NCBI GenBank assembly: GCA_905178155.1
Contig: CAJINV010000011.1
Coordinates: forward strand, 3,561,077 to 3,625,076
DNA length: 64,000 bases
Source: Amoebophrya sp. A120
Taxonomy: Eukaryota > Protista > Dinoflagellata
Reading direction: 5' to 3'
A program made the position numbers and the translations under genes. Position 1 is the first letter of the stretch. The number at the start of each line of letters is the position of its first letter. Below are positions 12,901 through 22,719 of this stretch, piece by piece. The notes beneath the pieces were generated by a model, which did not search any database, had not been told where the DNA came from, and saw only the letters and a program-made list of their open reading frames with translations.

Positions 12901-15900
12901 AACAAACCCCAGCTGAATATCGTCCGGGAAGTCACAAGAGTGTATATCGCAGTCAACTACGATCGCGCTTTGTGGTGGCTGTCCCCCACCGCCGCGCGAG
13001 AGAACCGGGAGGAAAAAGCGGAGTTTCTTTCTGCTTCCAACGACGAGGACCGAATGAACAAGCGAGGTATGTTTTGGCAGAATTCCCAGGCTTCGTCACT
13101 GTCTCATTGTCTTCCCAGGTCTCCTCCTTCCGGTTCGGCAGAAAGCTTGGACGTGGTTTACGAGTCGGCGGCGCAACCCTCAATCAAGACCTCCGGAAAG
13201 AACATGTCAGGATCGGCGTTAAGCGCCCAAACCTCGTCCCTACCTTCAACTGCAGGGCTGCGACTCACTGGCCGGACACGGACAAAATCCAAGGAGTCTA
13301 ACCACGCCGAACCGGTGTCAGGCGGGACGGGTTCTTCTCCTAAAGTAACCATGCATTCCGTTTTCACCGCAGGTTCGAGCCGAGCAGCGGCTCTCGATCA
13401 AACAACGCTTGATCAGACGACAATTAACGCAGATACGACTACCAGCAGAAACACCACTTCTAAAACCGCAAGCACCTCTTCCGTCCATTTCGTCGATAGC
13501 CGCCAGCTGCTTTCGCGGGTGCTGTGCTTCAAAATCCGCAGTGGGAATTTGCGAAAGGAGGAGCTGGCGAGGAAAGTGTACGGGAAATGGTGCAAATACT
13601 TGATCAGTACACTCCACCGGGAGCTCCAGGAAGTGTGGAACGACTTCTTCGTCCAGCTCGGCGTTTTTTTGGAAAACATAACGTCCAGCGACGAAAAAGG
13701 CAAAATCGCATCGAAACTCGAGCAAATTTTTCAGTCGGGGCAGTTGTTGCTGAGAATCAAGACGGACGAACTGCTGAAATCGTTTTCCTCCACGTTCTTC
13801 CGGGAACACCACTGCATGTACGAGCAGAGAGAGAAGAACTTCAACTGTTCGGGACTGAAGTGCGTGACCAAGCGGAGCGTTGCCGTATACGAGGTTCCGC
13901 CCCCGACCACGAGCAAAGTTCTGGTAATTGCGGAGCAAAAGGCCCAGTTGGACGCTTTGTTGCTCGAGGTTGCATCATCTGGTGGCACAAAAATACTGAA
14001 CAAACCGTTCCTCTCAGCGGCGCAACAAATGCAGGATCCGCAAGCGCTTTTCACGCGCTACGTCGAGAACTATGTGCTGGATTTCATGCACCCCTGGGAG
14101 GGCCACCAGTTGGAAAAAACGCGCCAGAAACTACACCAGAATATGAATACCAGCACGAAGGCCGTCGAACAGGCCCGATTCGGCGCGGAGTTCTTCGCAA
14201 ACCACTTTGAAGTCGCGGCCCCGCACGACGTGCCCCCCAGTTGGCAGGCCAACCGGGACTATTTGCACGACGTAATAGCGGAGTCCGGCGCCACGATGGC
14301 GCAGCACACGCCGCGCAAGCACGGCCAGGTGGAGACTTTCGGCAATAGCGCCTCGTCCGCGGGGTCGTTGGGCGAACAAACCAACACCGCGGGTTCATTA
14401 ACCTTCTCCTTCGTTCCCAGCGTCTACCACATCGCGCTGCGGGTATACTCCTTCCGGTACTGCATCACCGCAGATTTAGATCAACAGCTGGAACGCAGTT
14501 GCGCCGGTGGAGGTGGACCTAGAACAGGCGCGAGTAGCAGTACCGCACCGCGAGGACAACAACAGGGAACAACAACACCGCGTAGCAATGCGGGTTCCAC
14601 TGGAACCTCCCCGCGAGGAAATGGAGATCAACACCAGAGTACTAACCTACCACGTGACAGTTTGCACACACGGGCCACCGTAGCACCGCCTCCGCGGCAG
14701 ATCCTTTCTTCGTTCGGGCCCGACGAAGCGTTCCAGAAGCACCGGCTGCTGCTCTGGTTGAAGCGGCACGCGGCCAGTAAGGCTCCCGCTTCGTTCATGA
14801 TGCCTTCAATTACAATGCTCAGCCCCCGCGGGGGCACAACTCCTGCTGCCGATATTAACTCAGCGAGCAAGCGCAGCAGTAAGGACCGGTCGGAACAGAA
14901 TTTGAAATTTTGCGCAGAGGAGTGGGCATTTGCAGTTTCCAGTGACGAAGAAGAAGACGAAAGCAGCGAGTTTACGCCAGCGAGAAAGAAGGGGCCGATG
15001 ATTGTTCATCAGCAGAGTACATCTAGTAACCAAGAAACTGCTGGTGCCGCAGCTACTATGATTTCAAGCCAGAAGAACAATACTAGCAATAGGAATACCC
15101 AACAAGCCAACAGTAGTCTCCTTCTTCCCGACCTGCAGAAGCTCGCGAAGCACTTTTTCCCGAATCGCGACAAGCACCGGCTGACCCTGTTCCGCGTTTT
15201 CCAAAATCTCTCCGCTTGGTCGGAAACCCACGACTCCGCACTTCTCCTGCCCCCTGACGCGCTGTGCTTCAAGGTGTTGCTGCTCGCGCTGGCTAATTTT
15301 CGGAATCGGAAGCAAGCGCCAAAGGAAGAGGAAATGGCGGATTTTGTGACGCACAAAATCCCGGACCCGGCAGCTATTCTGCAACCCGCGGCCGTGTCGG
15401 AACTGTTATTGAAAACGTACGGCGCCCTGCGCAGCGGCACGCTCCGACTCTTTTTGAAGCGCGTGACTCGCCGGGATAATTCAACCCGTCCAGGAGCTTC
15501 GAACAGGAATAAAAGGTCTACGTCAAGAACAACCAGAAGGTTCAGTGATGGAACTGACAGCAATAGTAAAAACTACCGGTCAAGCACCACCTCCTTCGGA
15601 GCCGCAGGAGAAAGCGTAACTGCTTCAGAAGGAGGTGAAGACGAGACAGAAGGAGATAACGCAGCTGCTCCAGGAGCCATTAACACCGTCGGCGCAGCGA
15701 TTTGGGAAGGCACGAAGAAGATGACGAAGGCCGTCGTGAAGCCGTTGCAGAAGACCATTGAGATGCCCGGAAAATTGGCACGGAAATTTGGCCGAGACGA
15801 ATCTGCGGAGGAGCTGCTCCGCGCCAACACCGACCCGCGCAAACCGGTTTTAATGGAAGTCGTTTTGTACCTAAAAATCCAGTGCTCGCGCACGAACGCG

Positions 15901-18360
15901 GTCCTCTGCCGGGCGGACAGCAACGAGCTACTTTCTACTACGGTCAGTCTGAAGGAGACGTTTGCAGAGGCGGCAAATCGCGTACTGTACGAGAAATTGG
16001 GTTTGAAAGACTTTGACGCTTTGTCCCTCTACACTCCGGTGAATAAAAGCGACCCAGAACTCGTCTCCGCCACGGTGTCCATGGTCAGTCTCTTGACGGA
16101 AGACGAACTCCGGGCCTGCGGCGTGGTCACGAACAGTGAGTTTGCTGGCGTGTCTTCCGATGTCGGGAACAATAATAGCAATAAGCCAGGGACCTCGTCG
16201 ACGAGCAATGTCTTGCAAGTTGAAAAGAGGACCCTGAGCTACGTGTGGACCTACGAATACGAAAGTTCTGGTGTAGTGACCTCGAGGTTGGGTCTGCCCA
16301 GTATGATCGGCATATCTGGTGCTAGTAATGCTGCCATGACGACGTTAACGTTTACGCCAAGCGAAAGCGTCGCCAGCTGCTTCACCGGCACGAAGTTTAG
16401 GACACTGAGGAGCGGAAAAAAGCGGAGGAAGAGAGATTTCGAGACGCTTTGGTACCAAGAGTGCGATCCGCTGGACGGCGATCCGCGCGCACGCGTCTTT
16501 GTAGGCACCAAAGCGTTTGGCGAACTGGTGGCGAAACAGCAGAAGCAGAAATTGCTGCAGCTACAACAGACCCCCGGCGACGGCAAAGGCGGTGGAGTTG
16601 TAAGTGCAGCAACCACAAATAAGACCAGTTCCGGCGCGACCATACCGGTTGTAGCGAGTAGTGAGACCACATCGACGTCGGCGCAGCTGGCCTTTACTAG
16701 CCTGGCGGAGGTACGGTCCGCCGCTATCACAGAGGGCAAACTAGCTCCCTGGGCCGCTGCGACTCCGATATTGAACTTGGGACAGAGGCCGAGAGCAGCG
16801 TGGTTCGTGCAATCGTGTGCCGGCATGGAGGGGAACGCGACTCTATCCGTCGGCCCCCGGAAACTTGTAGAAAGCAGTTCTGCGCTCCTGAATTGCACGC
16901 CTTTGGTTGCTCGAGACGAGGGTCGCGTCGGACTCTCACTGATACCTGCGTCATTTGTTTTGGCGTGTAAAAGGTTGGAGAATTGTTCTATGAAAAACAC
17001 TAAGACACCGAGCCCGAATATTCCAGCTCGTAGTACCAGTACGAGAACAATGGAAAGTGGAGCAGTTTACAACCTCCATTTAGGAACGCACGAGGACGGG
17101 GGAGTAGACGGAGATCTTGTGTCGACAATGTTCTACTTTGCCCACCAGCAGTCCAGAGAACTAGTTCTTAGCACTCGCGCAGCAAATGGAGAACTAAATC
17201 TTCCCGCTACATCAACTCGAACTCCCAGCACGATAGAACCCCTCGCGCCGCCGCCTGCGTTGCAAAATTATCACCCGGCACTTCGTGCCGTGAACATCTA
17301 CCACCAGCTGAACCTCGGGAACCAACATAGACAGGCACAGAAGATCGCACCGGTGATGCAGTGGGTGGTGCCGCAGAGCGACTGCCCGCTGATTCACAGC
17401 TGTCGGAATGACGTCGACCCGGTGCAGGAACAAAACACGACTTTGATCGACCCCGCGCAAGGCGTTCCGGCCGTGAGTAAACTCGTCGTGAACCCGTCGA
17501 ACCTTCACGACCACCCTCGGACCCGCACCTTCACGACGACCACTTCCGCAAGGGAACAACATCAAACTACTTCTTTAAGTTCCGTGATGCTGGGCGTGGA
17601 AGGGACTGCGCCGGGGAAACAGAGTCCCTTTTCCGGAATCGACCACGGGACCACTGGGAAGGCGAACTTCACCTCCGCGCGCGGGTCGCGGAAGTGGACC
17701 GCGTTTGAGGCCAATTTAGAGGACGGCGCGGCCGTGCCCGCGGCGATGAACGGGATGCGCAGCGTGTTGGACCGGCCCAGCTTTGAAAACTTCTGCGATT
17801 TGTGTGACAAAATCGTCGACGTGCGGTTGGAAAAGACCTTCTGGTGGGACCAAACCCACCTTCATAGTGGTACTCATCACTCGCACCACGATCATCATAG
17901 TACGGGACAAACGACTATGGTGCCCGCACAACATGCGAAGAGTACTGCAGGTGCAGCGCCTCAGCCAGCGGCAACTACATCCTCTGCCTCCGGAGCAGGT
18001 GGTGCCCAAAATGTTCATCCGCACCATCACCACCACCACCACCACCAGCCCCCAAACGCGTTTACGCAGAATTTGGTCACGCGCGGCTATCCCCGGTCGC
18101 TGAAAGAAGCGCAGGCCCACCAGCAGCGGATCTTCAAGGAACTTCTCTGCTCGAACTCAATCCGGGCACAGGCCATAGCGAGAAACCCGAATCTGGTGTG
18201 CCCGTCCGGCGGAAGGACAACCAGTGGAGGCGCTTCGCCTTCAGGACTGGACGGGGCGGCGGCGCTGGTTAATAATGGTGCGAGAGGACGTGATTTGTCT
18301 ACTTCGGCGGCAAGCTGCATAGTTGTAGCTGGAGGACTCAAGCGCTCAAAATCTGTGTGA
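6961..18360 (+). CDS. Giant single-exon protein (~3,800 aa) with low-complexity linkers and dispersed Ntox11-like motifs
   Basis: Uninterrupted ORF 6904-18360 with the first ATG at 6961. Globular-looking blocks alternate with S/T/A/G-rich linkers, and there is a His tract near the C-terminus. The product call is tentative (see findings). Confidence 0.85.
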   Translation: MIPFQVERFSLEGSRENWKKTNHPLLENADEKDLKLAIVLHFEIISHKAKKKKCCKCVGKCETKLCASWRKNKNNTTANKSTSDFFHFESEFHSLPLSNDAAVRGTRISKAASIVNNRSTANSLASEDSDVENNNRDSSGATETSGLEELRLVSSRASGESETSEMLGIMEWSRDHLGAKPMTFIARKTAKVKVKIYVIADRADQKPAHGNHQEEFAVLASFEATSDAKTAEGFLQIKEVPLPVAERKNYRNKSSGQRGGMIFPKPVPQVYLSHSKTVVAHHAEKHSRSIVDLVQGRPVQQLRGAGGLTGNPTGVTGRLDSKATPDSKGGESNDAEITGGTATSKESSGAADRAGPNASGGDEGGIKSKQVQLPQRLDREMTSDSVPTKLSTNTRAAILEDEDDYEGTFELTIQDTPEDNRDEVGKSRETTEKGRETGTASIATDKKDDAGEEGQEPAAAAAVVAQQAVMSKKSASASGATVPASTPAPSNTGAVLAVENSASSKSATTTTSPTAAPIDQKILNTVLTGMEFSLYLTQSPAGKPQVMKAKNYRPRELYSSNGQLLERSEWKFSSRVYTNEWPSASDALPLELLRNREEHHVVHMIERELKMDCVAMHNTIFPQGLSREWYRAILYSERELSEHGMGGQHTASNRLPANSAGLQRSPSRDGHGLAVKKTKAGAPGSSPPDNASTSRDSSRNKAGTTGRGSSPGAAGDNEQDLFEYNNSDSESSSSSSSSDEGDEDMVHVEEKLRHSRNVLQKAIATVQSGGHRLLGTFKLKHTLQNRSSSRAAASSSSPQAGPHTFFFDTHDGSRSQGMASMFLFRSASFKKAGEMNNADDLVGAELTVSEKRHVEDMLLNFIGLNAKHYRHRHSKAVGSTTQGVSDVTVLPIFTSTTVNTANDSAEMSNQAVASQQAAIISDPGKDSSTVSPATIGGGATLPVGAQILASGDLQENKAGAVPSIAVYSPSSAAAFGATCLDEDFCVKLSFCRPNEIRGNPTLYRTLVPYEQPILTKKLKLQHNQHGVQHLMRVMFWKRLHFLTAYCGVFCVSGADHKVDPWPYPLASIWCHGGRILLRLENIPARELLFYLFTGIRVPRGSATTSSSHVVDDFKKSLRGSMSMRPSAKRQTTATTLLPPTGNNKSQSKVVEQQALLPKRGPVSTATQQHLNLVSASILQKRTPLQKRLAATHGVGVKGHNEEAELVEKKLHATSLADTAHNLADGVSGHHLGLNFSWCGVGSPLPFGPPSGIPRPEPPLEKLWNQLSTLIQKLTDNRDLFPDSVQSTAQTTGNADRATVLSSRAAVGGSTIISTGTTSGAATSSSKKVLSNKIPPNEELKQLYIQPIVTSDQRDLEKLHFTPERQQLAEEILKTSIDEASLQHLLDRATSRGFAARNVLELLRLEIAHLKRLLHALHVAQAASSLQPLGEEVLRSLAVLGVLQVNTSVEKAEAMRYVEAFLLIRMYLFTRLSHLQRFVGIAGQAISYNFHHLHQSPHFQSDKKVVFSHLYVRVDDFGAAHQAKAKTTVSSQQVSSGTSIELPGGMSVADHPFIFDPRYSAAEATGVPDAARGRSTAAASSRKHTDVKKSGVAMAGAVDPPMLVDPSTGRDNLTFKSYDLELYEHLNPFKQELHHQDIQESHPHVVRPEHLSGVQYKPRSKKPRRSKWRRLSDFLHRATLAATGKNFSRQGTTDSVSSQASSEEGNNSLSGAAGKKRSLFNANINANKQPTAPAAGERGTAGKVRSKLITTEKQLNFAKATLQVPKSEACIRQPRLRSVGVEHMRYCLGFNDAEREWIATCLESFGTRFGAAANSLLQEQPQPIQIVGRTPSRELQGGATTTSNYMQNSEQLQTSPSVFKDRHDVSTASASSAGASDLSGTHQLDNSKSLPILEVNQPAPPSFEAFRYVLASCRKLERAFTRTAYQVPQASKEGQHLLRKRNILQSASNCEEERHLYGQLLAGTAGLVVRTPSENNGRNIKNKPQLNIVREVTRVYIAVNYDRALWWLSPTAARENREEKAEFLSASNDEDRMNKRGMFWQNSQASSLSHCLPRSPPSGSAESLDVVYESAAQPSIKTSGKNMSGSALSAQTSSLPSTAGLRLTGRTRTKSKESNHAEPVSGGTGSSPKVTMHSVFTAGSSRAAALDQTTLDQTTINADTTTSRNTTSKTASTSSVHFVDSRQLLSRVLCFKIRSGNLRKEELARKVYGKWCKYLISTLHRELQEVWNDFFVQLGVFLENITSSDEKGKIASKLEQIFQSGQLLLRIKTDELLKSFSSTFFREHHCMYEQREKNFNCSGLKCVTKRSVAVYEVPPPTTSKVLVIAEQKAQLDALLLEVASSGGTKILNKPFLSAAQQMQDPQALFTRYVENYVLDFMHPWEGHQLEKTRQKLHQNMNTSTKAVEQARFGAEFFANHFEVAAPHDVPPSWQANRDYLHDVIAESGATMAQHTPRKHGQVETFGNSASSAGSLGEQTNTAGSLTFSFVPSVYHIALRVYSFRYCITADLDQQLERSCAGGGGPRTGASSSTAPRGQQQGTTTPRSNAGSTGTSPRGNGDQHQSTNLPRDSLHTRATVAPPPRQILSSFGPDEAFQKHRLLLWLKRHAASKAPASFMMPSITMLSPRGGTTPAADINSASKRSSKDRSEQNLKFCAEEWAFAVSSDEEEDESSEFTPARKKGPMIVHQQSTSSNQETAGAAATMISSQKNNTSNRNTQQANSSLLLPDLQKLAKHFFPNRDKHRLTLFRVFQNLSAWSETHDSALLLPPDALCFKVLLLALANFRNRKQAPKEEEMADFVTHKIPDPAAILQPAAVSELLLKTYGALRSGTLRLFLKRVTRRDNSTRPGASNRNKRSTSRTTRRFSDGTDSNSKNYRSSTTSFGAAGESVTASEGGEDETEGDNAAAPGAINTVGAAIWEGTKKMTKAVVKPLQKTIEMPGKLARKFGRDESAEELLRANTDPRKPVLMEVVLYLKIQCSRTNAVLCRADSNELLSTTVSLKETFAEAANRVLYEKLGLKDFDALSLYTPVNKSDPELVSATVSMVSLLTEDELRACGVVTNSEFAGVSSDVGNNNSNKPGTSSTSNVLQVEKRTLSYVWTYEYESSGVVTSRLGLPSMIGISGASNAAMTTLTFTPSESVASCFTGTKFRTLRSGKKRRKRDFETLWYQECDPLDGDPRARVFVGTKAFGELVAKQQKQKLLQLQQTPGDGKGGGVVSAATTNKTSSGATIPVVASSETTSTSAQLAFTSLAEVRSAAITEGKLAPWAAATPILNLGQRPRAAWFVQSCAGMEGNATLSVGPRKLVESSSALLNCTPLVARDEGRVGLSLIPASFVLACKRLENCSMKNTKTPSPNIPARSTSTRTMESGAVYNLHLGTHEDGGVDGDLVSTMFYFAHQQSRELVLSTRAANGELNLPATSTRTPSTIEPLAPPPALQNYHPALRAVNIYHQLNLGNQHRQAQKIAPVMQWVVPQSDCPLIHSCRNDVDPVQEQNTTLIDPAQGVPAVSKLVVNPSNLHDHPRTRTFTTTTSAREQHQTTSLSSVMLGVEGTAPGKQSPFSGIDHGTTGKANFTSARGSRKWTAFEANLEDGAAVPAAMNGMRSVLDRPSFENFCDLCDKIVDVRLEKTFWWDQTHLHSGTHHSHHDHHSTGQTTMVPAQHAKSTAGAAPQPAATTSSASGAGGAQNVHPHHHHHHHHQPPNAFTQNLVTRGYPRSLKEAQAHQQRIFKELLCSNSIRAQAIARNPNLVCPSGGRTTSGGASPSGLDGAAALVNNGARGRDLSTSAASCIVVAGGLKRSKSV

Positions 18361-18864
18361 ACTGAAATTATTTGATACAGAACTTCATCTCTTTGAAATT
18401 GCTCTTGATTGTGTGATGTACAACACTTTTCATGATTTACATCTTGGAAACACGATTTCGGAGCAACAGAGGCGGAGGTGACATCTTCAAGTACCGCACT
18501 CTGTACCCATCGTCCTGTGTTTAATTTTGTTCTCGCATGGCGCCTCTTCCCTTCGTACATTAATCTTAATGGGATTGGAACATCAACGCTGTCGTTGAAG
18601 CGACAGCGAAAATCGAGAGAAAGAGAGAATGAGTAGCTCCTTCGTTCCCTGGCGGTGTTGAAAAGTTGAAAAAAAAAGCGAAGCACGACGAGGGCAAAGA
18701 AGTGCCGAACTTCTGCACAACTTCTTGTGCAGCTGCACGTAGCTGATTCTGTGTCTGCGTTTTGGATCAGGTTGAAGGTAGTACGTATACGGTAAATAAC
18801 TTTAACTCCTTGTCCTTCACACCCAGACACAGATAGAGCCGATAATTTTGTCGTCACAAGAACC

Positions 18865-20809
18865 ATGGCCGCCGTGACTCCGGAATCCCCCCCGCGGGTT
18901 TTTCCCCGGGAAATCTTCCGGACCGGCGTGACTGAGTACCCCGACGAGTACCTGAAGGCTAAGGAACGGGTGAACGAGCGGTCTCTGACGCTGAAGGACG
19001 GGCGGGTCGTCAGTTACTTCGTATCCACTACAAATATGTCTGGGTCTGGAAGGATGTGAACTTGTGATGCGTGTTGCGGAGTATGCAAAAATCTGTGTTG
19101 CATGACTTGCAAAAGGCGCCCACTTCTGGTCATGCTGAGAAAGCATTTCTCATGCAGAATAGGCATCACCAAGGGGCTGCAGGACCTGTGATGCTAGGCC
19201 CTGCATTCCACAATCAAAGGAGCTTGGAAAAACTGCATGACAAATCTCGGAGTCTTCCAGACCCAGACACACGCATTTGCATTTGATACTTCACGGACGG
19301 CGACAAGTCGGCCCCGGGGGCCGTCCCGGTGATCTGCCTGCACGTATTGTAAGGAAAAATCCCCCCTCCATTATCAAAACGAAATTTCTGATGCTGGATT
19401 GGGATACACAAATCACATTTATGTTGCAGTAGAGGACTGCACGCAGATCCTAAGCCTAGGCAAGGGCCCTTTGGTGTAGGCGCCTAGCATGGTAGACGGC
19501 TACCCTGCAGGCCGCGCAGCATTACAAATCGCCTGCGTATGAATGTGGCGGACAGCCTGAGCGTGCCTTCTTGCAAGAGAAATCCGATTTGTGGCGACAA
19601 ATCTGCATCACAAATTTTCAGAAGGATGCGCTTTCATCAATATGGGGAGGGGGGGTTTTTCTATGCAATACCACGGGGGCGGCGAGGGGAAATGGAGCTG
19701 GTTGCAGAAGACGCCGATCGAGGGCATCTACCAGGTGGCGTTTGACCGCATGGGGTACGGAAAATCGGACTTGCTTGAGCCGGTGAACAAGTACACCTTC
19801 GTGACCGCATACCAGCACGTGCTGGAGATCGCGGATCAGCTGGAAATCGACAAATTCGTGCTGTGCGGGTTTTCCATCGGATCCTCCTGGGCCATGCAGA
19901 TCGCCTGCCAGGACAAGGGCAAGCGGGTGCAGGGCCTGGTTCTCTTCGGCCTGATGGCGGACGCGGGCCACCCGAAGATGGACAAAAAAACGGTCGGGAA
20001 GGTGGGGAAGCCCCCGAAGTGCCTGGACCCCTTTACCGGCTGCTGCGGCTGCATCATCCGCGGCGAGTTCCACAAGTACGTGCCGAAAAACCAGAACTAC
20101 GACTTCAAACTGGCGTTTTCCCGGGAGTCCACGCTATCCTGTGCAAAAGTATCGCTATCGTACTCGTATAAATGCATTACAAATAAATTTCATTTCCTCA
20201 GCATGAGAAATAAGATTTGTATATGCAGACTTTCCTTGGAAACAAGATGTGTAAATGCAAGACTTGCATTTGTACAAGTACGATACTTTTGCAATGCATA
20301 CACGCTGCCCACCTGCAAAATCGGGTGGGAGAAACTCAAGGCCGACCCGTTTTGGGTGTGCACCAAGGTGGATTCCTTCCTGGCCTACAACCGCGGCGAC
20401 GCGCTGATGGGGGACGCGGCCCGGTCGCTGTTCAACCCCTGGATGTTCGATATCAGCGAGATCTCCATGCCCGTGTACATTTTCCAGGGCGCGGGGGACT
20501 ACGACATGGGCTCCTCGGCCCCCGCCGCGCCAGAGTTCGTCCACAGCATGATCAAAGGGTCCAAGATGACCTTGGTGGACGGCTACGGGTATGATCCTGT
20601 GCACAAGTATCGTACTCGTCATTGCGATTCTGCCTTTACATAATAAACCCGCATGAGAAGTTTCGTTTTTTTAAATAAGTAAAAATTTGTGATGCAGTTT
20701 CTACCAGCACGGTACTTTTGCAATGCATAGCGGGCACGTATGCATCACCGGGCCGAACGAACTCTTCCGGGAGCAATTGTCGTCTTCGGTCGAGAAGATC
20801 CTCAGTTGA
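18865..20809 (+). CDS. Alpha/beta-fold hydrolase
   Basis: Exons 18865-19021, 19294-19344, 19676-20134, 20306-20589, 20735-20809. Motifs are LKDGRVVSY, ICLHGG, FDRMGYGKSD, nucleophile elbow GFSIG, IFQGAGD and GYGH (catalytic His). All four introns are TIR elements. Confidence 0.92.
19022..19288. mobile_element. TIR introner, family B
   Basis: TSD CTTCG/CTTCA; interior is the reverse complement of the 2483 copy. Confidence 0.9.
19345..19670. mobile_element. TIR introner, family I (TATTG-ended, C-run/G-run arms)
   Basis: TATTGTAAGGAAAAATCCCCCC...GGGGGGTTTTTCTATGCAATA; TSD GCACG/CCACG; splits the LH-GG motif. Confidence 0.88.
20135..20300. mobile_element. TIR introner, family A
   Basis: Perfect TSD CACGC; element plus TSD is 171 nt, in frame and stop-free. 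Confidence 0.9.
20590..20729. mobile_element. TIR introner, family A
   Basis: TSD ACGGG/GCGGG; splits GYG-H immediately before the catalytic His. Confidence 0.88.
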
Positions 20810-21734
20810 GTCAGTATCTACTTACTTCCGTGGTGTGTCGCGCCTCGAACTCGATCTATTACTATTCAAAATTTAACATATAACATTATCATTATCTGTA
20901 GCTAACAAAGCAGTTCAAAATGAAATGCACTTTATCGACCGAAAAATACACAGCTAGTCCGTTGTATGAACCTGGTTTCAAAGAAGTGGAAAAAAACAAG
21001 CACTGAATATAGATGAACGCAGTTCAAATAATTGAATTATCAAAGTTGCTTGTTTTTCGGAAGAAGATAATCAACTTCTGCGAGTAGGTCTTCACACGAC
21101 TCGATTTACGATTATGATTGCAACTGCTCGACGTGTTCGTCCGTGAAGAGTTTCACGTGCAATCCATCATTGTCGGTGCCCCTAAAATAAAAAACGAAGA
21201 CAAATAGTAAGTAGAAGATCACGAACTGGATGAGCCAACTACTGAGGCACGCATACGGATCTCAAATATTTCCGTGACGAGTGGGAAAATAATCCCCATC
21301 GCAAATGAAAATTGTTCACGAAGCGAACATCGTGAACAATGTCGTGCAAGAACTGATCCCGTGGCCGCATTGCATGCATGCATTTTTCATCGCCTTCAAT
21401 TACCGACAGAAAACCGAGAGTATTTCATTGGATATACCACATAACTTTCGAGTTGTTCTTTCCCATCAAGCATTGAATGAGTCAAGTACGTAGGGTATGA
21501 ATGATCAGGCGAACAACGAAGACCTTTACAGCTTCCCTTTGAGAATCACGACGACGCGGCAAACCAACGACCATCTATAACCATATCCAGTCGATATCGA
21601 TCGAGGACAACAAGAACAATCATAATCGATCGGAAACAAGAAACTCACTTCCCCGCGGCCACGGCCACCCACGAGTTGTAAGCAACAATTTCGAGAATTT
21701 TCCCACCAAGAACTCCAACAATTCGAAAGGAAAA

Positions 21735-22719
21735 ATGTCAAGTTCCATAATACGGAACCGGCTCAACAAAGAGATGAATGAGCTCCGGCGCAATCCGGAC
21801 GCCGACATCTCCCTGGAGCCGGATGAGAACCAGTTTGACATCTGGCATGGCTCCGTGATCGGTCCCCAGGACACGCCCTACGCGAAGGGAAAATTTCACG
21901 TCCGGCTGCAGATCCCGGCGACCTACCCGATGGCGGCTCCGAAGGTGTGGTTTAAGACCAAAATTTTTCACCCCAACGTGCACTTCGGGACCGGGGAACT
22001 CTGTCTCGACGTCCTGAAAACCGACTGGTCCCCCATGTGGGGCCTCGCCGCCATCCTCCGCGCCATCGTCGCGCTCTTGGTCACCCCCAACGCAGACTCC
22101 CCCCTGAATTGCGACGCCGGGAACCTCATACGCTGCGGCGACATGATTGGCTTTGACAGCATGTATCGCAAGAAAAAAGTGTTACAGTTACACATTGGAT
22201 TGTGTTGCAAGACCAGCGACACAGACAACCTTTCCCATGCAGGAAATGCTTAGGAGGAGGAGCCTCGTTTCCTTCCTGTTTTCCCTTATGATCTTCGCAT
22301 TACAAGTGTTCTCTCTCTCTGTCACACAGAGAAAATTTGTGATGCAGAAACTCCAACAAATGTGTAACTGTAACACTTTTTTCTCGTGACAGCATGGCCC
22401 GGATGTACACGGTGGAACACGCGATAAAAAACAGAGACGTTCTGTATGACCTGCTCAAGCGTTACAATCTCAAACGTTACAATAGAATCTGGGACTTGTC
22501 TTGCATGATGAGCATGATAGGCTCGCAGAGCGTTCCACTTTCTGCAATACAATAAACTTCGCCAGATTCTAGTGCGGTTTGGAGCTTCGAAACTTGTCAG
22601 GCGCAATCCTATGAGAGTTGGGTAGATAATGCACTTCTTGCAACACAAATTCCAGATTCTATTGTAACGTTTGAGATTGTAACACCTGAGCAGGTTATAT
22701 TCTGCTCGGGAGATCATGA
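21735..22719 (+). CDS. PEX4: Ubiquitin-conjugating enzyme E2, PEX4-type (peroxisomal)
   Basis: Exons 21735-22163, 22397-22444, 22705-22719. Active site is FHPNVHFGTGELCLDVLK. The DSPLNCDAGNLIRCGD..GFDSMARMYT tail resembles plant/protist PEX4 (recalled similarity). The E2 call is certain; PEX4 orthology is less so. Confidence 0.85.
22164..22391. mobile_element. TIR introner, family H (TATC.CAAGAAAAAA)
   Basis: TIR AGAAAAAAGTGTTACAGTTACACATT; perfect TSD GCATG; right end reads ACA instead of ATA. Confidence 0.9.
22445..22699. mobile_element. TIR introner, family C-related
   Basis: ~60-bp TIR (TATGACCTGCTCAAGCGTTACAATCTCAAACGTTACAATAGAATCTGG); perfect TSD TTCTG. Confidence 0.9.

Noticed and set aside
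8688-18866. Long minus-strand ORFs (e.g. 11194-12219, 8688-9545, 18087-18866; also 49889-50839)
   Set aside because: They are antisense shadows of GC-rich plus-strand coding sequence, with no recognisable motifs.
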